From the NCBI GenBank assembly GCA_945889325.1, contig CAMDBH010000008.1, positions 10,118 to 74,117 on the forward strand: a stretch of 64,000 bases of DNA, read 5' to 3'. Within the stretch, counting starts at the first letter, position 1. Each line of letters starts with the position of its first letter. Origin of the DNA: Klebsiella pneumoniae. GTDB lineage: Bacteria > Myxococcota_A > UBA9042. The translations under genes and the position numbers were made by a program. Under the pieces are notes generated by a model that worked only from the letters and a program-made list of their open reading frames with translations, made no database searches and had not been told where the DNA came from. This document shows positions 9,630-19,416 of this stretch, piece after piece.

Positions 9630-12569
9630 ATGGCCGACGCGCAGGACAGTTTGACGCAAGCAACCGAAAGCGTGACGCATGTGTCCAGTTCACGCACGCC
9701 GGGCGGGCAATTGCCGGCGTCGCAAAAGGGGGATCGCGGCCCCGGCATCGCGATGGCGCGCTTGCACACCAAAGTCGGCGTGCATCCCTTTGAGGAAGTG
9801 GCGTGGGAGCGCCGCACGGCGAGCATCACCAACACCCGCGGCGAAACGATTTTTGAGCAGAAAAATGTCGAGTTTCCCTCAACTTGGTCGCAAACAGCGA
9901 CGGCTGTCGTGGTGTCAAAGTATTTTCGCGGCACGTTGGGCACGCCGGAGCGCGAGTACAGCGTGCGCCAGTTGATCGGCCGGGTTGTCAATACGATCGG
10001 CCAGTGGGCGCGTCAGGGCCAGTATTTTGCAACGGAAATCGACTGCAAAGTTTTTGAAGATGAATTGACATGGCTGCTTTTGCACCAGCGCATGGCCTTC
10101 AACAGCCCTGTGTGGTTCAACGTCGGCGTTGAAGCAAAACCGCAATGTTCGGCCTGCTTTATCAACAGCGTCGACGACACGATGGAATCCATCCTGTCGC
10201 TGGCCAAAACCGAAGGCATGTTGTTCAAATTCGGCAGCGGCACCGGCAGCAATTTGTCGCCGATTCGCAGCTCTCGCGAAGCCTTGGCTGGCGGTGGCGA
10301 GGCCAGCGGTCCCGTGAGTTTCATGAAGGGTTTTGACGCTTTTGCCGGTGTGATCAAGTCCGGTGGCAAGACGCGGCGGGCGGCGAAAATGGTGATTTTG
10401 GATGTACAACATCCAGATATTGTTGAATTTATTCGCTGCAAGATGAAAGAAGAAAAGAAGGCCCATGCGCTGATCGATGCGGGCTACGACGGGCGCATCG
10501 ACGGCGAGGCCTATACTTCGGTGTTCTTTCAGAATTCGAACAATTCTGTGCGGGTTAACGACGAATTCATGCGCGCTTTTGAAAACGGCGAACAGTGGCA
10601 GACCAAGGCCATTCGCGACGGCCGCGTGGTTGATACACATCAAGCCAAAGACATTATGCATGAAATTGCCGATTCGACCTGGCAATGCGGCGATCCCGGC
10701 ATGCAGTACGACACGACCATCAACGACTGGCACACCTGTCCGAACACGGCGCGCATCAACGCGTCCAATCCGTGCAGCGAATACATGTTTTTGGACGATT
10801 CTGCTTGCAATTTGGCAAGTTTGAACCTGATGAAGTTTGTCACGCCGCAAGGTGAGTTTGACTGCAAAGAATTTCAACACGCGGTCGACGTCACGATTAC
10901 GGCGCAGGAAATTTTGGTCGATTTTGCGGCCTATCCGACGGCGCGTATCGAAAAAAATAGTCATTTGTTCCGGCCGCTTGGATTGGGTTTCGCCAATTTG
11001 GGGGCCCTGCTCATGACGCGCGGTTTGGCTTACGATTCGGCGGAAGGTCGCGCGTATGCGGGCGCAATCACGGCGCTGATGCACGGTCAAGCCAACTTGC
11101 AATCTGCGCATATTGCTGAGCAAATCGGCGCATTTCCGGGCTATGATCTCAACCGCGAGCCGATGCTGCGGGTAATGAACAAGCACCGCGCAGCTGTCAA
11201 TGCCATTGATACCGTAGCGGTTTCGGGCGATCTGATGGCGTCGGTCCGCCAAGTGTGGGACGACGTCGTGGCGGCGGGTGGGCAGTTTGGTTACCGCAAT
11301 GCGCAAGTCAGCGTGCTCGCACCTACTGGAACTATTGCCTTTATGATGGATTGCGATACGACGGGCATTGAACCAGACATCGCACTTGTGAAATACAAGA
11401 AGCTGGTCGGTGGCGGTACGTTGAAGATCGTTAACAATGCGGTACCGCAAGCCCTGCAAAAGCTCGGCTATTCGGCCCAGCAAGTTGAAGATATCACGAC
11501 GTATATTGACCAGAACGATACGATCGAAGGCGCGCCGCATCTGCGTTCGGGGCATCTGGCCGTGTTCGATTGCGCGTTTACGCCGGCCAACGGCACGCGG
11601 TCTATCCATTATCAGGGGCACTTGAAAATGATGGCGGCCTGTCAGCCGTTTCTGTCGGGCGCGATCAGCAAAACCGTCAATTTACCGCATGATGCGACGA
11701 TTGAAGACATCGAACGCACGTATTTGGAAGCGTGGAAATTGGGCATCAAGGCGGTGGCGGTGTACCGCGACGGCTGCAAGCGCAGTCAACCGCTGAGCGT
11801 GAAAAAAACCAGTGATACCAAAGAAGGCAACACGTTGGGGCACGCGGAAAATCAAGCCGACGTGCGCGCGGGCGGGGGGGGGGCTGAACGAGTCGTTGAA
11901 AAAATTGTTGAAAAAGTGGTCGAAGTGACCAAGCCCGGACGGCGCAAACTTCCAGAGGAGCGTCAGGCACTTACGCATAAATTCAGCATCGCGGGCCACG
12001 AGGGCTACATCACGGTGGGCATGTACGAGGACGGCACGCCGGGCGAGATGTTCATCCGGATGGCCAAGGAAGGCTCAACCCTGAGCGGACTTCTGGATGC
12101 TTTTGCCACTTCGATCTCCATGGCGCTGCAATACGGCGTGCCGCTGCAGGTGTTGTGCGACAAGTTCACGGCGACGCGCTTTGAACCCAGTGGTTTTACA
12201 GGCAATCGCGACATTCCGATCGCCAAGTCGATCACCGATTACATTTTCCGTTGGATGGCGCTGAAGTTTTTGGACGCTGGTGAACAGGATATCGTCGAAT
12301 TGCCGCCCGTCGAGGCGCCTGTGGCGCCAACGGTCAGTTCGTCGGCACCGTCGGCGGCGCCGCGGATTAAAGCCAGCAAAACTGTTGGTTTTGCGGTCGA
12401 TTCAGTTGCGGCCGTGAAAGCAGACGTGGTGCCGACAAAAGCTGACAACAGCAAGCTCTTTAAGGCCTACATGGACAGCCCGCTGTGCTCGAGTTGCGGT
12501 CGCATGATGGTGCCGGCGGGCAAGTGTTACCGCTGCGATTGTGGGGCAACGTCGGGCGGTTGTTCGTGA
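9630..12569 (+). CDS. nrdJ: Adenosylcobalamin-dependent ribonucleotide reductase, class II
   Basis: Class II RNR blocks are present: VGVHPFEEVAWERR, VVSKYFRG, PVWFNVG, CSACFI and FKFGSGTGSNLSPIR. The C-terminal zinc ribbon is CSSCG...CYRCDC. I prefer the ATG at 9630, which has GGAGA 6 nt upstream. The listed ORF start at 9372 would add an 86-aa low-complexity extension. Confidence 0.92.
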   Translation: MADAQDSLTQATESVTHVSSSRTPGGQLPASQKGDRGPGIAMARLHTKVGVHPFEEVAWERRTASITNTRGETIFEQKNVEFPSTWSQTATAVVVSKYFRGTLGTPEREYSVRQLIGRVVNTIGQWARQGQYFATEIDCKVFEDELTWLLLHQRMAFNSPVWFNVGVEAKPQCSACFINSVDDTMESILSLAKTEGMLFKFGSGTGSNLSPIRSSREALAGGGEASGPVSFMKGFDAFAGVIKSGGKTRRAAKMVILDVQHPDIVEFIRCKMKEEKKAHALIDAGYDGRIDGEAYTSVFFQNSNNSVRVNDEFMRAFENGEQWQTKAIRDGRVVDTHQAKDIMHEIADSTWQCGDPGMQYDTTINDWHTCPNTARINASNPCSEYMFLDDSACNLASLNLMKFVTPQGEFDCKEFQHAVDVTITAQEILVDFAAYPTARIEKNSHLFRPLGLGFANLGALLMTRGLAYDSAEGRAYAGAITALMHGQANLQSAHIAEQIGAFPGYDLNREPMLRVMNKHRAAVNAIDTVAVSGDLMASVRQVWDDVVAAGGQFGYRNAQVSVLAPTGTIAFMMDCDTTGIEPDIALVKYKKLVGGGTLKIVNNAVPQALQKLGYSAQQVEDITTYIDQNDTIEGAPHLRSGHLAVFDCAFTPANGTRSIHYQGHLKMMAACQPFLSGAISKTVNLPHDATIEDIERTYLEAWKLGIKAVAVYRDGCKRSQPLSVKKTSDTKEGNTLGHAENQADVRAGGGGAERVVEKIVEKVVEVTKPGRRKLPEERQALTHKFSIAGHEGYITVGMYEDGTPGEMFIRMAKEGSTLSGLLDAFATSISMALQYGVPLQVLCDKFTATRFEPSGFTGNRDIPIAKSITDYIFRWMALKFLDAGEQDIVELPPVEAPVAPTVSSSAPSAAPRIKASKTVGFAVDSVAAVKADVVPTKADNSKLFKAYMDSPLCSSCGRMMVPAGKCYRCDCGATSGGCS

Positions 12570-12578
12570 CGCTCAGCA

Positions 12579-12610
12579 GCTGTGAAATGGATATTTCACA
12601 GCCTCTGAGG
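12579..12610 (+). repeat. AT-rich hairpin element H1 (GCTGTGAAAT-GGAT-ATTTCACAGC plus CTCTGAGG), 10 nt after the nrdJ stop
   Basis: The stem is a perfect 10 bp with a 4-nt loop. The element is 30/34 identical to the inverted copy at 29764-29797 and is related to the copy at 30064-30095. Confidence 0.7.
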
Positions 12611-12660
12611 TTTGCCCAACGGGTCGAGCACACACAGGCGAAAGTGCGGCGCGCCGACGA

Positions 12661-12692
12661 ATCGGAAAAAGGGAATCGGAAAAAGGTGTCCC
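12661..12692 (+). repeat. Tandem pair of A5 motifs (ATCGGAAAAAGGGA / ATCGGAAAAAGGTGTCCC)
   Basis: The pair lies in the convergent nrdJ-gpmI spacer and belongs to the A5 motif family described in the findings. Confidence 0.6.
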
Positions 12693-12740
12693 GTTGGCAA
12701 CACCATGGCACGACAGTAAAAAGCTAGGGCCGCTGACGCT

Positions 12741-14411
12741 TCAGGCGATCAAACTGGGCTCGTAGTCAGCCGGTGCGTCGTACCCAAGCAAATTGCAAAG
12801 CGTCGCTGCGACATTGGCCAAACCGGCGTCGGGGAGGTCAGTGCGCAATTGCCAAGCTTGCTGCGGCCGCGCGTCGAAAATGGTGAATGGCACGGGGTTG
12901 AGCGTGTGGCTGGTTTTGGGCTGCGGTACGCCGTCTCGCATCACCGGCTTGCCTTTGCTGTCTCGGGTCCACATGTCGTCCGCGTTGCCGTGGTCGGCGG
13001 TCACGACTAGGATTCCGTTGAATTCCTTGACTAAATCGAGTAGGCGGCCTATTTCCGAATCGACGGTTTCAATGGCCGCTATCGTCGCCCGCAAGTCGCC
13101 AGTGTGCCCGACCATGTCGCCATTGGCATAATTGAGCCGAACAAAATCCGGCCGTTGCGCGTCGCGCAGGCTTTTTTCCACCAAGTCGGTAATCTCCCTT
13201 GCGCGCATTTGCGGTCGTTGGTCAAAACTGAGCCGATCCGAAGGCACTTCCGCATAGATTTCATGGTTAGCATCCAGAACGCCCGAACGATTGCCATTCC
13301 AAAAATACGTGACGTGGCCGTATTTTTGCGTCTCACTCACCGCGAACGTATGCACGCCAAGGGCCGCAAAATATTCGCCAACCGTGCGTTCAATCGCTGG
13401 CGGCGTCACCAGAAAACGTTTAGGCAGCTGCAAATCACCGTCGTACTGCATCATGCCGGCATAACGCACATCCGGCTGAAAAATGCGCTCGAAGTGTTTG
13501 AATTCATCGCGTTGTTCAAAGCACTGCGTCAATTCGATCGCCCGATCGCCGCGAAAATTCCAAAGAGCAAAACTGTCGCCATTGCGCACGCGGCCCAGCG
13601 GTTCGTTGTCGGCATCGGCCAAGACGAACGGACCCAGCTTTTGATCCGAATCGCCGCCCGGCTGCGCGCGCAAAAAAGCCAAGGCGTTTTGCAGCGTCGG
13701 AAAAAGGGGTCCCTCACCTAAAACATGACATCGCCAGCCTTTTTCGACAATGGACCAATCGGCCTCATAGCGATCCATAGTCACAGTCATGCGCCCGCCC
13801 CCCGACGCGACCAAGTAATCGCGATGGGGATACAGACGCAAATGGTCCTGCAATTGCTGAAGATAATGCTCAAACGACGGATCGGCCACGTCTCGCCCAT
13901 CCGCGAGCACATGCAGGCGAACGCGCTGCACGCCGCCGCGATCGGCCGCGGCGAGCAAAGCCAAAACGTGGTCGATATGGGCGTGGACATTGCCATCCGA
14001 CAATAGGCCGCATAAATGCAAGGTGCTTTGCGGATTCAGCTGTTGCGGTTCAATCAACCATTGCCAGGTGTCGCCGCTAAACAGGCGGCCGTTTTGGATG
14101 GCGTCCGCGACGAGCGCCGCGCCTTGGCGAAAAATTCGCCCAGCGCCCAACGCGTTGTGGCCGACTTCACTGTTGCCCATATCGGCGTCGCTCGGCATGC
14201 CGACGGCCACACCGTGTGCGCGCAGGTTTCGCGTCGGCGCATTTTGCCAAAGCCAAGTTAGCGTTGGCTTTTCAGCCAGAAACACCGCGTCGCCGCCGTC
14301 ACCCAGACCCATGCCAACACCGTCCATGATCGCAAAAATCACTGGGCCGGTCGGCGGCAAAAACGCAGCATGCGGCTTGAGCTTTTCTACGGTCATTTCA
14401 GGTCCTTTCAA
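12741..14411 (-). CDS. gpmI: 2,3-bisphosphoglycerate-independent phosphoglycerate mutase
   Basis: Signature motifs are GNSEVGHNALGAGR and VVTADHGNADDM. The 556-aa length is typical of iPGM. Confidence 0.92.
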   Translation of the reverse strand: MKGPEMTVEKLKPHAAFLPPTGPVIFAIMDGVGMGLGDGGDAVFLAEKPTLTWLWQNAPTRNLRAHGVAVGMPSDADMGNSEVGHNALGAGRIFRQGAALVADAIQNGRLFSGDTWQWLIEPQQLNPQSTLHLCGLLSDGNVHAHIDHVLALLAAADRGGVQRVRLHVLADGRDVADPSFEHYLQQLQDHLRLYPHRDYLVASGGGRMTVTMDRYEADWSIVEKGWRCHVLGEGPLFPTLQNALAFLRAQPGGDSDQKLGPFVLADADNEPLGRVRNGDSFALWNFRGDRAIELTQCFEQRDEFKHFERIFQPDVRYAGMMQYDGDLQLPKRFLVTPPAIERTVGEYFAALGVHTFAVSETQKYGHVTYFWNGNRSGVLDANHEIYAEVPSDRLSFDQRPQMRAREITDLVEKSLRDAQRPDFVRLNYANGDMVGHTGDLRATIAAIETVDSEIGRLLDLVKEFNGILVVTADHGNADDMWTRDSKGKPVMRDGVPQPKTSHTLNPVPFTIFDARPQQAWQLRTDLPDAGLANVAATLCNLLGYDAPADYEPSLIA

Positions 14412-16015
14412 AAGCGATAGCCCATGCCGATCTCGCCTGAAACCGGATAGTTGAGGCGCTCGGTGCCCGCAAGTGGCAAAAAATACGACGACATGGAGGC
14501 TTGTAGCGACACAAAGAAATGGCGACCTAAGTCCAAGTTGACGCCGGTGGCCAAGTTCAAGCCCAAAAGAATGTGCGAATCTAGGTCAAGCAGCGTGCTG
14601 CGATCGCATTGCGGCGAGGTGGTGCCGAACAACTTGCATTGCGGATCTCTTGTTTCAATGAAGCTGCCGAGCAAATGTACGTCGATGGCGGGGCGAAAAA
14701 AAACGCGCAAGGTCTGCGTGCGGTAGGTGAATCCCAGACCGAACATGGCGCGTACCGAGTTGAAAGTATGAAGTAAATCGCGATATGGGTCGGAAATGCT
14801 GGTGTACATGTTGAGGCGCGAAAACCATTCGAGGTTGCCGCGAAACTCTTGGGCAACGCCTAACGCGAAACCAAGACTATGAAATGCTTCACGTGTGGGA
14901 TGACGCACGTACAACGCATACGAGGCGGCCGTGTCGAGGCGGACATCGTCGCTGCGCGACGGAGAAATAGGAGCAAGTTCAGTTACTTGTGCACAAGCCA
15001 GCCACCGAGTCAGAAAAGCGTCGAGGCGATCGGTCGAATTGTCGGCGGCGAGGCGAATTTCAGCATCGATCACACGGCGTTGTGCATCGTAGATCGCCAA
15101 CCACAATTCAGGCGGCGCGTTGGGCTGCGCAGCCGGCCGCAGCGAGCCAAAAATCAACCATTGCACGCCCAAACGCTGCGCCAGTTGCCACATTCTGCGG
15201 TTGTCACCGTAGGGATGAATTGGATCCGCTGTTTTTTGGCGATCGTACAGTGCCGCCAACAGGGCCGCGTTGACTGCCGGCGGAAAAAAATTGGCGCGGA
15301 ACCGGCGCATGGGTTCCAAGCGAAACGCCTCCTTGAGCGCGATGTGGCCCGCATCCTTGTCACCGCTGTCGATCAGGCTGACGCCCAACATGAACTGCGC
15401 GTCGGCAAATGGCTTGGCCTCGATCAAATCTTGAAAAGCTGCCGTGTAGTCGCTTACCGCCTGCCGCAGATACACCGGCGCCTGCGGACCCAAACCCAAG
15501 TACAGCTGCAAACCCTTGCGATACCAATCTTCCGCATTGTGCGCGCGCAGTTGCCCCTCTGCGTCGCCAGCCAGCGCGTCGCGCACGCGGGCCACCGACA
15601 GCACAGCCACGTACGGCTGCCCCGTCGCGACGCGCAAGATGCTCGCTGCGATATCGGGTACCGCGGGTGCGCTGCGTTGGCGATCTGCGCCAAAAAGGTC
15701 TTCGACGGCAGGCAAGTCCACCAAAATAGGCAGGATGGCCACGCTTCGCGAGCGCTTCTGCACGTCCGGCAGGTCGTCGCGCACCAGCGGGGCGGGGTTT
15801 GGCGGCGCGGGGACGGTCTGGGCCACGCTCGGCAACGCCACAGTCAGACCAAGGCAAACAAGTGCGACACGCCAACCGACAGCGTGCAGGGTTGGCTGTG
15901 GGTTGGGCAAAATTTGGCGCAACGGTTTGCGAAAATTTGGCCACAGCCGCGCCTGCGTCGTGAATTGATCAGCGACCACTGAACGAATTTCCTTCAGCTT
16001 CAGTGGGATGTGCAC
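14408..16015 (-). CDS. Outer-membrane protein: TPR-like periplasmic region plus C-terminal beta-barrel
   Basis: A signal-like segment (WRVALVCLGLTVALPSVAQ) begins near aa 45, so the true start may be internal, for example the TTG at 15910. A TPR-like stretch follows (DWYRKGLQLYLG...AFRLEP). The C-terminus is ...GEIGMGYRF, and a terminal Phe is typical of OMPs. The stop overlaps the gpmI start by 4 nt. Confidence 0.6.
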   Translation of the reverse strand: MHIPLKLKEIRSVVADQFTTQARLWPNFRKPLRQILPNPQPTLHAVGWRVALVCLGLTVALPSVAQTVPAPPNPAPLVRDDLPDVQKRSRSVAILPILVDLPAVEDLFGADRQRSAPAVPDIAASILRVATGQPYVAVLSVARVRDALAGDAEGQLRAHNAEDWYRKGLQLYLGLGPQAPVYLRQAVSDYTAAFQDLIEAKPFADAQFMLGVSLIDSGDKDAGHIALKEAFRLEPMRRFRANFFPPAVNAALLAALYDRQKTADPIHPYGDNRRMWQLAQRLGVQWLIFGSLRPAAQPNAPPELWLAIYDAQRRVIDAEIRLAADNSTDRLDAFLTRWLACAQVTELAPISPSRSDDVRLDTAASYALYVRHPTREAFHSLGFALGVAQEFRGNLEWFSRLNMYTSISDPYRDLLHTFNSVRAMFGLGFTYRTQTLRVFFRPAIDVHLLGSFIETRDPQCKLFGTTSPQCDRSTLLDLDSHILLGLNLATGVNLDLGRHFFVSLQASMSSYFLPLAGTERLNYPVSGEIGMGYRF

Positions 16016-16565
16016 AAACCAGGTCGGCGGGATCGATCTGACCTACGTTGTCACGGCGCGAGAAAGTTAAGGGCAACACGGCGCCACCCGGGGTTTCCAC
16101 GGTCAGCGTGCCGACCAAATTGCCAGCGACATCTAAGGTGAGTTCGCCGTAAATGGGCAGTTCGGCCTGCGTCGCCGCACCTTGAACGCAGCCGCGCAAT
16201 CGGAAGTGCAGCGTGTTGGACGAGAGATCCATGCTGCCATCGTGTAAGTACGCACAAGCACACTGATTTAGCGGCGCCAATGCCGATTGCTTTACGTCAA
16301 AAATCTGCGTGCGGTAAAAATGCACCACCCCCGTCGCGTCCGGGCCATATTCGCCTATGACGATTTCAATGCCGATAGGGTCGCCCGCGGCATTGAAAAC
16401 TAAGGGGTTTGCTTTGGGTTTGGCGCGCCATACCCCTTCGACGTCGGTGCTCGCGGTGCAAGCAGACCCAAAGGAAACGAGGGCCGCAAAAGCAAGCGCC
16501 CAAACATTGTCAAACCGCCATGGCATCTTTGTCTTATTGCCCAATGTTGGCACAAGCATACGCAA
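15969..16565 (-). CDS. Hypothetical lipoprotein
   Basis: The signal and lipobox read WALAFAALVSFGSAC. No domain was recognised. The gene lies in an operon-like arrangement. Confidence 0.55.
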   Translation of the reverse strand: MRMLVPTLGNKTKMPWRFDNVWALAFAALVSFGSACTASTDVEGVWRAKPKANPLVFNAAGDPIGIEIVIGEYGPDATGVVHFYRTQIFDVKQSALAPLNQCACAYLHDGSMDLSSNTLHFRLRGCVQGAATQAELPIYGELTLDVAGNLVGTLTVETPGGAVLPLTFSRRDNVGQIDPADLVCAHPTEAEGNSFSGR

Positions 16566-16576
16566 CCCGAGGGCGG

Positions 16577-17035
16577 TCAGCGCGCGTGTGCTGGCACAAA
16601 GCGACCACTTAGGTAGTCGCCGACCACTTGGGCGTGATCAAAGCACAACGGCGGCAGGGCGTCGAGCGGCCAAAAGCGCAACGCCGCCGCATCGTCGCCA
16701 GCCGTCGGCTCGCCGTCGCTGCGGACAACATAAACCACGGTTGCCGTCGCACGCCGCGGGTCTCGCTTGGGGTCGGAGTAAACTTGGAGTTGATAGGCGA
16801 TGGTGCCAACCAGTGAAGTTTCTTCTAGCAATTCACGCAGACATGCCTGTTCGCAGGATTCGCCAGCTTCCACAAAGCCGCCTGGCAACGCCCAGCCGAA
16901 GGGAGGCCACCGGCGTTCTACAAGCAAAATCGCGCGCTTACCGTTAACAAGCTGGCGTTCGACGATGGCATCCGCGGTCAGCGCGGGTCCAGGAAGAAAA
17001 TCTGCCATCGTTGCAATTACTCCAGCGGTGCGCAA
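16577..17035 (-). CDS. NUDIX hydrolase
   Basis: The Nudix box is GGFVEAGESCEQACLRELLEETSL. Confidence 0.85.
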   Translation of the reverse strand: MRTAGVIATMADFLPGPALTADAIVERQLVNGKRAILLVERRWPPFGWALPGGFVEAGESCEQACLRELLEETSLVGTIAYQLQVYSDPKRDPRRATATVVYVVRSDGEPTAGDDAAALRFWPLDALPPLCFDHAQVVGDYLSGRFVPAHAR

Positions 17036-17787
17036 ATCACTTGGAAGTTATCGATATAGATGCCCGAGCCGCCGCGAATGCCAACCGCGACATGCCCCGG
17101 CGGGCAAAGCGATTCAAACGGTTGGCCGCCAGCGCCACCGATACTGGCGGTGTTCTGGTAATTTTTGCCAATTTTGACTTTCAACTTCTTTTTGTCCAAT
17201 GCGTCCAGCGTGTCCTGCAGCAATTTCGCGGTGTAGTTGCCAATTCGCTCGGCAACGGCGCTTTTTTCGGCTTCGTAGGCAAATCCCGATTTTTCAGCGT
17301 ATTGCACGATCCGTTTGCCGGTTTCTCCCTTGCCGCCCCCAGTTAAATCAGCGATTTCAGAGGTTTCTCCCGCCAACGGTTCCTGCAGAATTTCACCCGA
17401 CCCAACGATGCTCACGACCATGATCGCCGTTTTTGGGTCGAGGCCTTTGGGCAAACTGGTGGCTTTGCCCAGCTGCACATTGTATTTGCCGTTGTCGACC
17501 GCAACCCAGAGCTTTTCTTTCCAAAAAGCCTTTTTTTGCTTGGGCTTGCGCAGTTCAAACTGCATCGGAAAAATGCCCGCCACCGGTTTGTTTTCGTCGT
17601 CTTTGAGGGTGCTATCGAATTGCAGCACCGTGCGCTTGTCCTTGACACCATCGCTGGCGCCGGCGCCCTTAGCCGCTGATTTAATGGCGGGTTCCGCGGC
17701 CACGGCGGCAAAGCCCGATGTGAGCGATGCGGCAGCACAGCCCACCAAAACGGCCCATTTAGCAAAAACCGTTGAAAAAATTCGCAT
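17017..17787 (-). CDS. Secreted hypothetical protein with a Cys-flanked beta-prism-like C-terminal blade
   Basis: The ATG at 17787 has GAGGAAG upstream and gives the signal peptide MRIFSTVFAKWAVLVGCAAASLTSGFAAVAA. The C-terminus GGAGGQPFESLCPPGHVAVGIRGGSGIYIDNFQVIC resembles one jacalin/VMO-I-type blade; this call is weak. Confidence 0.5.
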   Translation of the reverse strand: MRIFSTVFAKWAVLVGCAAASLTSGFAAVAAEPAIKSAAKGAGASDGVKDKRTVLQFDSTLKDDENKPVAGIFPMQFELRKPKQKKAFWKEKLWVAVDNGKYNVQLGKATSLPKGLDPKTAIMVVSIVGSGEILQEPLAGETSEIADLTGGGKGETGKRIVQYAEKSGFAYEAEKSAVAERIGNYTAKLLQDTLDALDKKKLKVKIGKNYQNTASIGGAGGQPFESLCPPGHVAVGIRGGSGIYIDNFQVICAPLE

Positions 17788-17892
17788 ACTTACTTCCTCA
17801 AGAATCGCCACAGCAGCGGCCGTCGCGGATGGCCGAGCATAACCCAGTTGGCCAGTCGCGCCAACAATGACAAAACGTCATGAAACAATGAA

Positions 17893-19416
17893 TTAATTCG
17901 GAGGTGCGCCATCCAGCCACAGCCAAAACGCCTCGCCGCTGCGGGTCAAACCCGTTGCAACCGTGCCTTTGGGCAGCAGCGCGTTAAGCGGAAACACAGG
18001 GGTTTGTTGAAAAATTCCGCGCAAGGCGCTGTCTACCAGTTGATCGAGAATCGCGCGGCTTTCGGCGCTGCTGTCGGCGCTGCTGTTTCCAGCCAAAATG
18101 GGGCTCAGCACATGTCGGTCATCGCTTTGCACGTCCACGATTTCCAATTGCAAGTTGGAGCCGCCGACGATCGCGGTGCGCACGCGGGCGCGAAAACCTC
18201 CGTTGATGCGCAGCACCACAACTTCCATGTCGCCGATGCGGCCGAGAATTTCCAACGTCGCTTTGTCGAATTTCCACTCCGCCGCCGGTCCGCTCGGTGT
18301 GTCGACCGCTTTGATTTCGGGCGAAGACTCCGGCCACAAACGCGCACCGCTGGGCGGACCGTCGACCCATGGCGCCAAATCGGGCATCGCGATCGCAGCC
18401 CAATTGGGCGCGAAGGCATGTTCAAACTGTTTGGTCGTCTGCCTCGCCAATGCCCCCGATCGCGCGACCGCCCAGCCAACCCGCGCCATCGCGGTGCCGT
18501 CCACCACCAGAGCGCGTCGGACAAATGCTTTGGAAACAGGCGCAGTTGGAGGCTGCGGTGCAACTGAAGCGACGGCGCCCGAGGGCAGCGGAGCGTCGAC
18601 CGCCGTCGGCGCACGGTCCACGTCCAAACCCACCGCAAGGGAGGCGACTGTGCGCGCGCCCGCATGAATCGCCAGTTGTTCACCCGCCGCGGGGTGCAAA
18701 AAGTCCGCTGAAACCCGCGCCTGAACCTGATGCGCCCACGGGGCTTGCACGTGGAATTGTGCAGCAAATTCTAAGGATGGCGGAAATAGCGCTGCCAACG
18801 CGTTGAGCGTAGATTTCGTGAGCGGATTGGCCGCTTGATTGCGCAGCATCGCCTCCAAGTGTTTTTGCAGCGCCTTCGCTGTTCCTTCAGGTTCACTTTT
18901 GAGACAGGATTCCGTGTCCGCGAGCGTCGGCATTTGCCACACCAGACTTGGCTCAGCTGCCAAGGTTGCTGCCAGTTGGCCTTGAAGGGAGCGAATCACT
19001 TCGACTTGCAGTTGCAGCAAGCCGCCCGAGCTCGACCAGGTCAGTTTGCAGGCCGGTTGGCCTTGCACGCCCAGCGCCAGCGGCACGACGACTTTGTCAA
19101 TTTCAAAATTCAACACCAGATGCTGACCTGCGCTCCAGTTCGCCGCGGCGTGCTTCAAGGTCAGCGACGTGCTCCAAGCACCGAGTTTGTGATCGTCGGT
19201 TTGCGGCAGCGTCCAAGGCGCGCCGGGTACGTCGATGGTTTTGCCGGCGCCGATGCGCACGGTTTCGGCGAACGTGGGCAAGTCGCTGTCGGCAACGACG
19301 ATGCGCAAACCGCCCTCAACGCGATATTGGGCCGCCAGTGGTTTTTCCAGTGGCAACGGCGGATTGCCGCAACCCTGCGCAAATATGAAGCAAATGCACA
19401 GCGTTTGCCGCATCAT
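17893..19416 (-). CDS. Hypothetical lipoprotein (507 aa)
   Basis: The lipobox reads MMRQTLCICFIFAQGCG. No domain was recognised. The start overlaps the upstream gene's stop by 4 nt. Confidence 0.55.
   Translation of the reverse strand: MMRQTLCICFIFAQGCGNPPLPLEKPLAAQYRVEGGLRIVVADSDLPTFAETVRIGAGKTIDVPGAPWTLPQTDDHKLGAWSTSLTLKHAAANWSAGQHLVLNFEIDKVVVPLALGVQGQPACKLTWSSSGGLLQLQVEVIRSLQGQLAATLAAEPSLVWQMPTLADTESCLKSEPEGTAKALQKHLEAMLRNQAANPLTKSTLNALAALFPPSLEFAAQFHVQAPWAHQVQARVSADFLHPAAGEQLAIHAGARTVASLAVGLDVDRAPTAVDAPLPSGAVASVAPQPPTAPVSKAFVRRALVVDGTAMARVGWAVARSGALARQTTKQFEHAFAPNWAAIAMPDLAPWVDGPPSGARLWPESSPEIKAVDTPSGPAAEWKFDKATLEILGRIGDMEVVVLRINGGFRARVRTAIVGGSNLQLEIVDVQSDDRHVLSPILAGNSSADSSAESRAILDQLVDSALRGIFQQTPVFPLNALLPKGTVATGLTRSGEAFWLWLDGAPPN

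Noticed and set aside
9915-11621. A 568-aa antisense ORF within nrdJ. Similar cases are 14879-15982 opposite the OMP gene and 24625-25752 opposite the kinase.
   Set aside because: The opposite strands carry unmistakable conserved proteins. These ORFs are off-frame artefacts of high GC content.
9630-12569. An intein or other insertion in nrdJ, a frequent intein host. The protein is long, at 979-1065 aa.
   Set aside because: No intein blocks are present (no Cys/Ser-start...His-Asn-Cys splice junction pattern). The extra length is the usual linker before the C-terminal domain, plus a doubtful N-terminal low-complexity extension.
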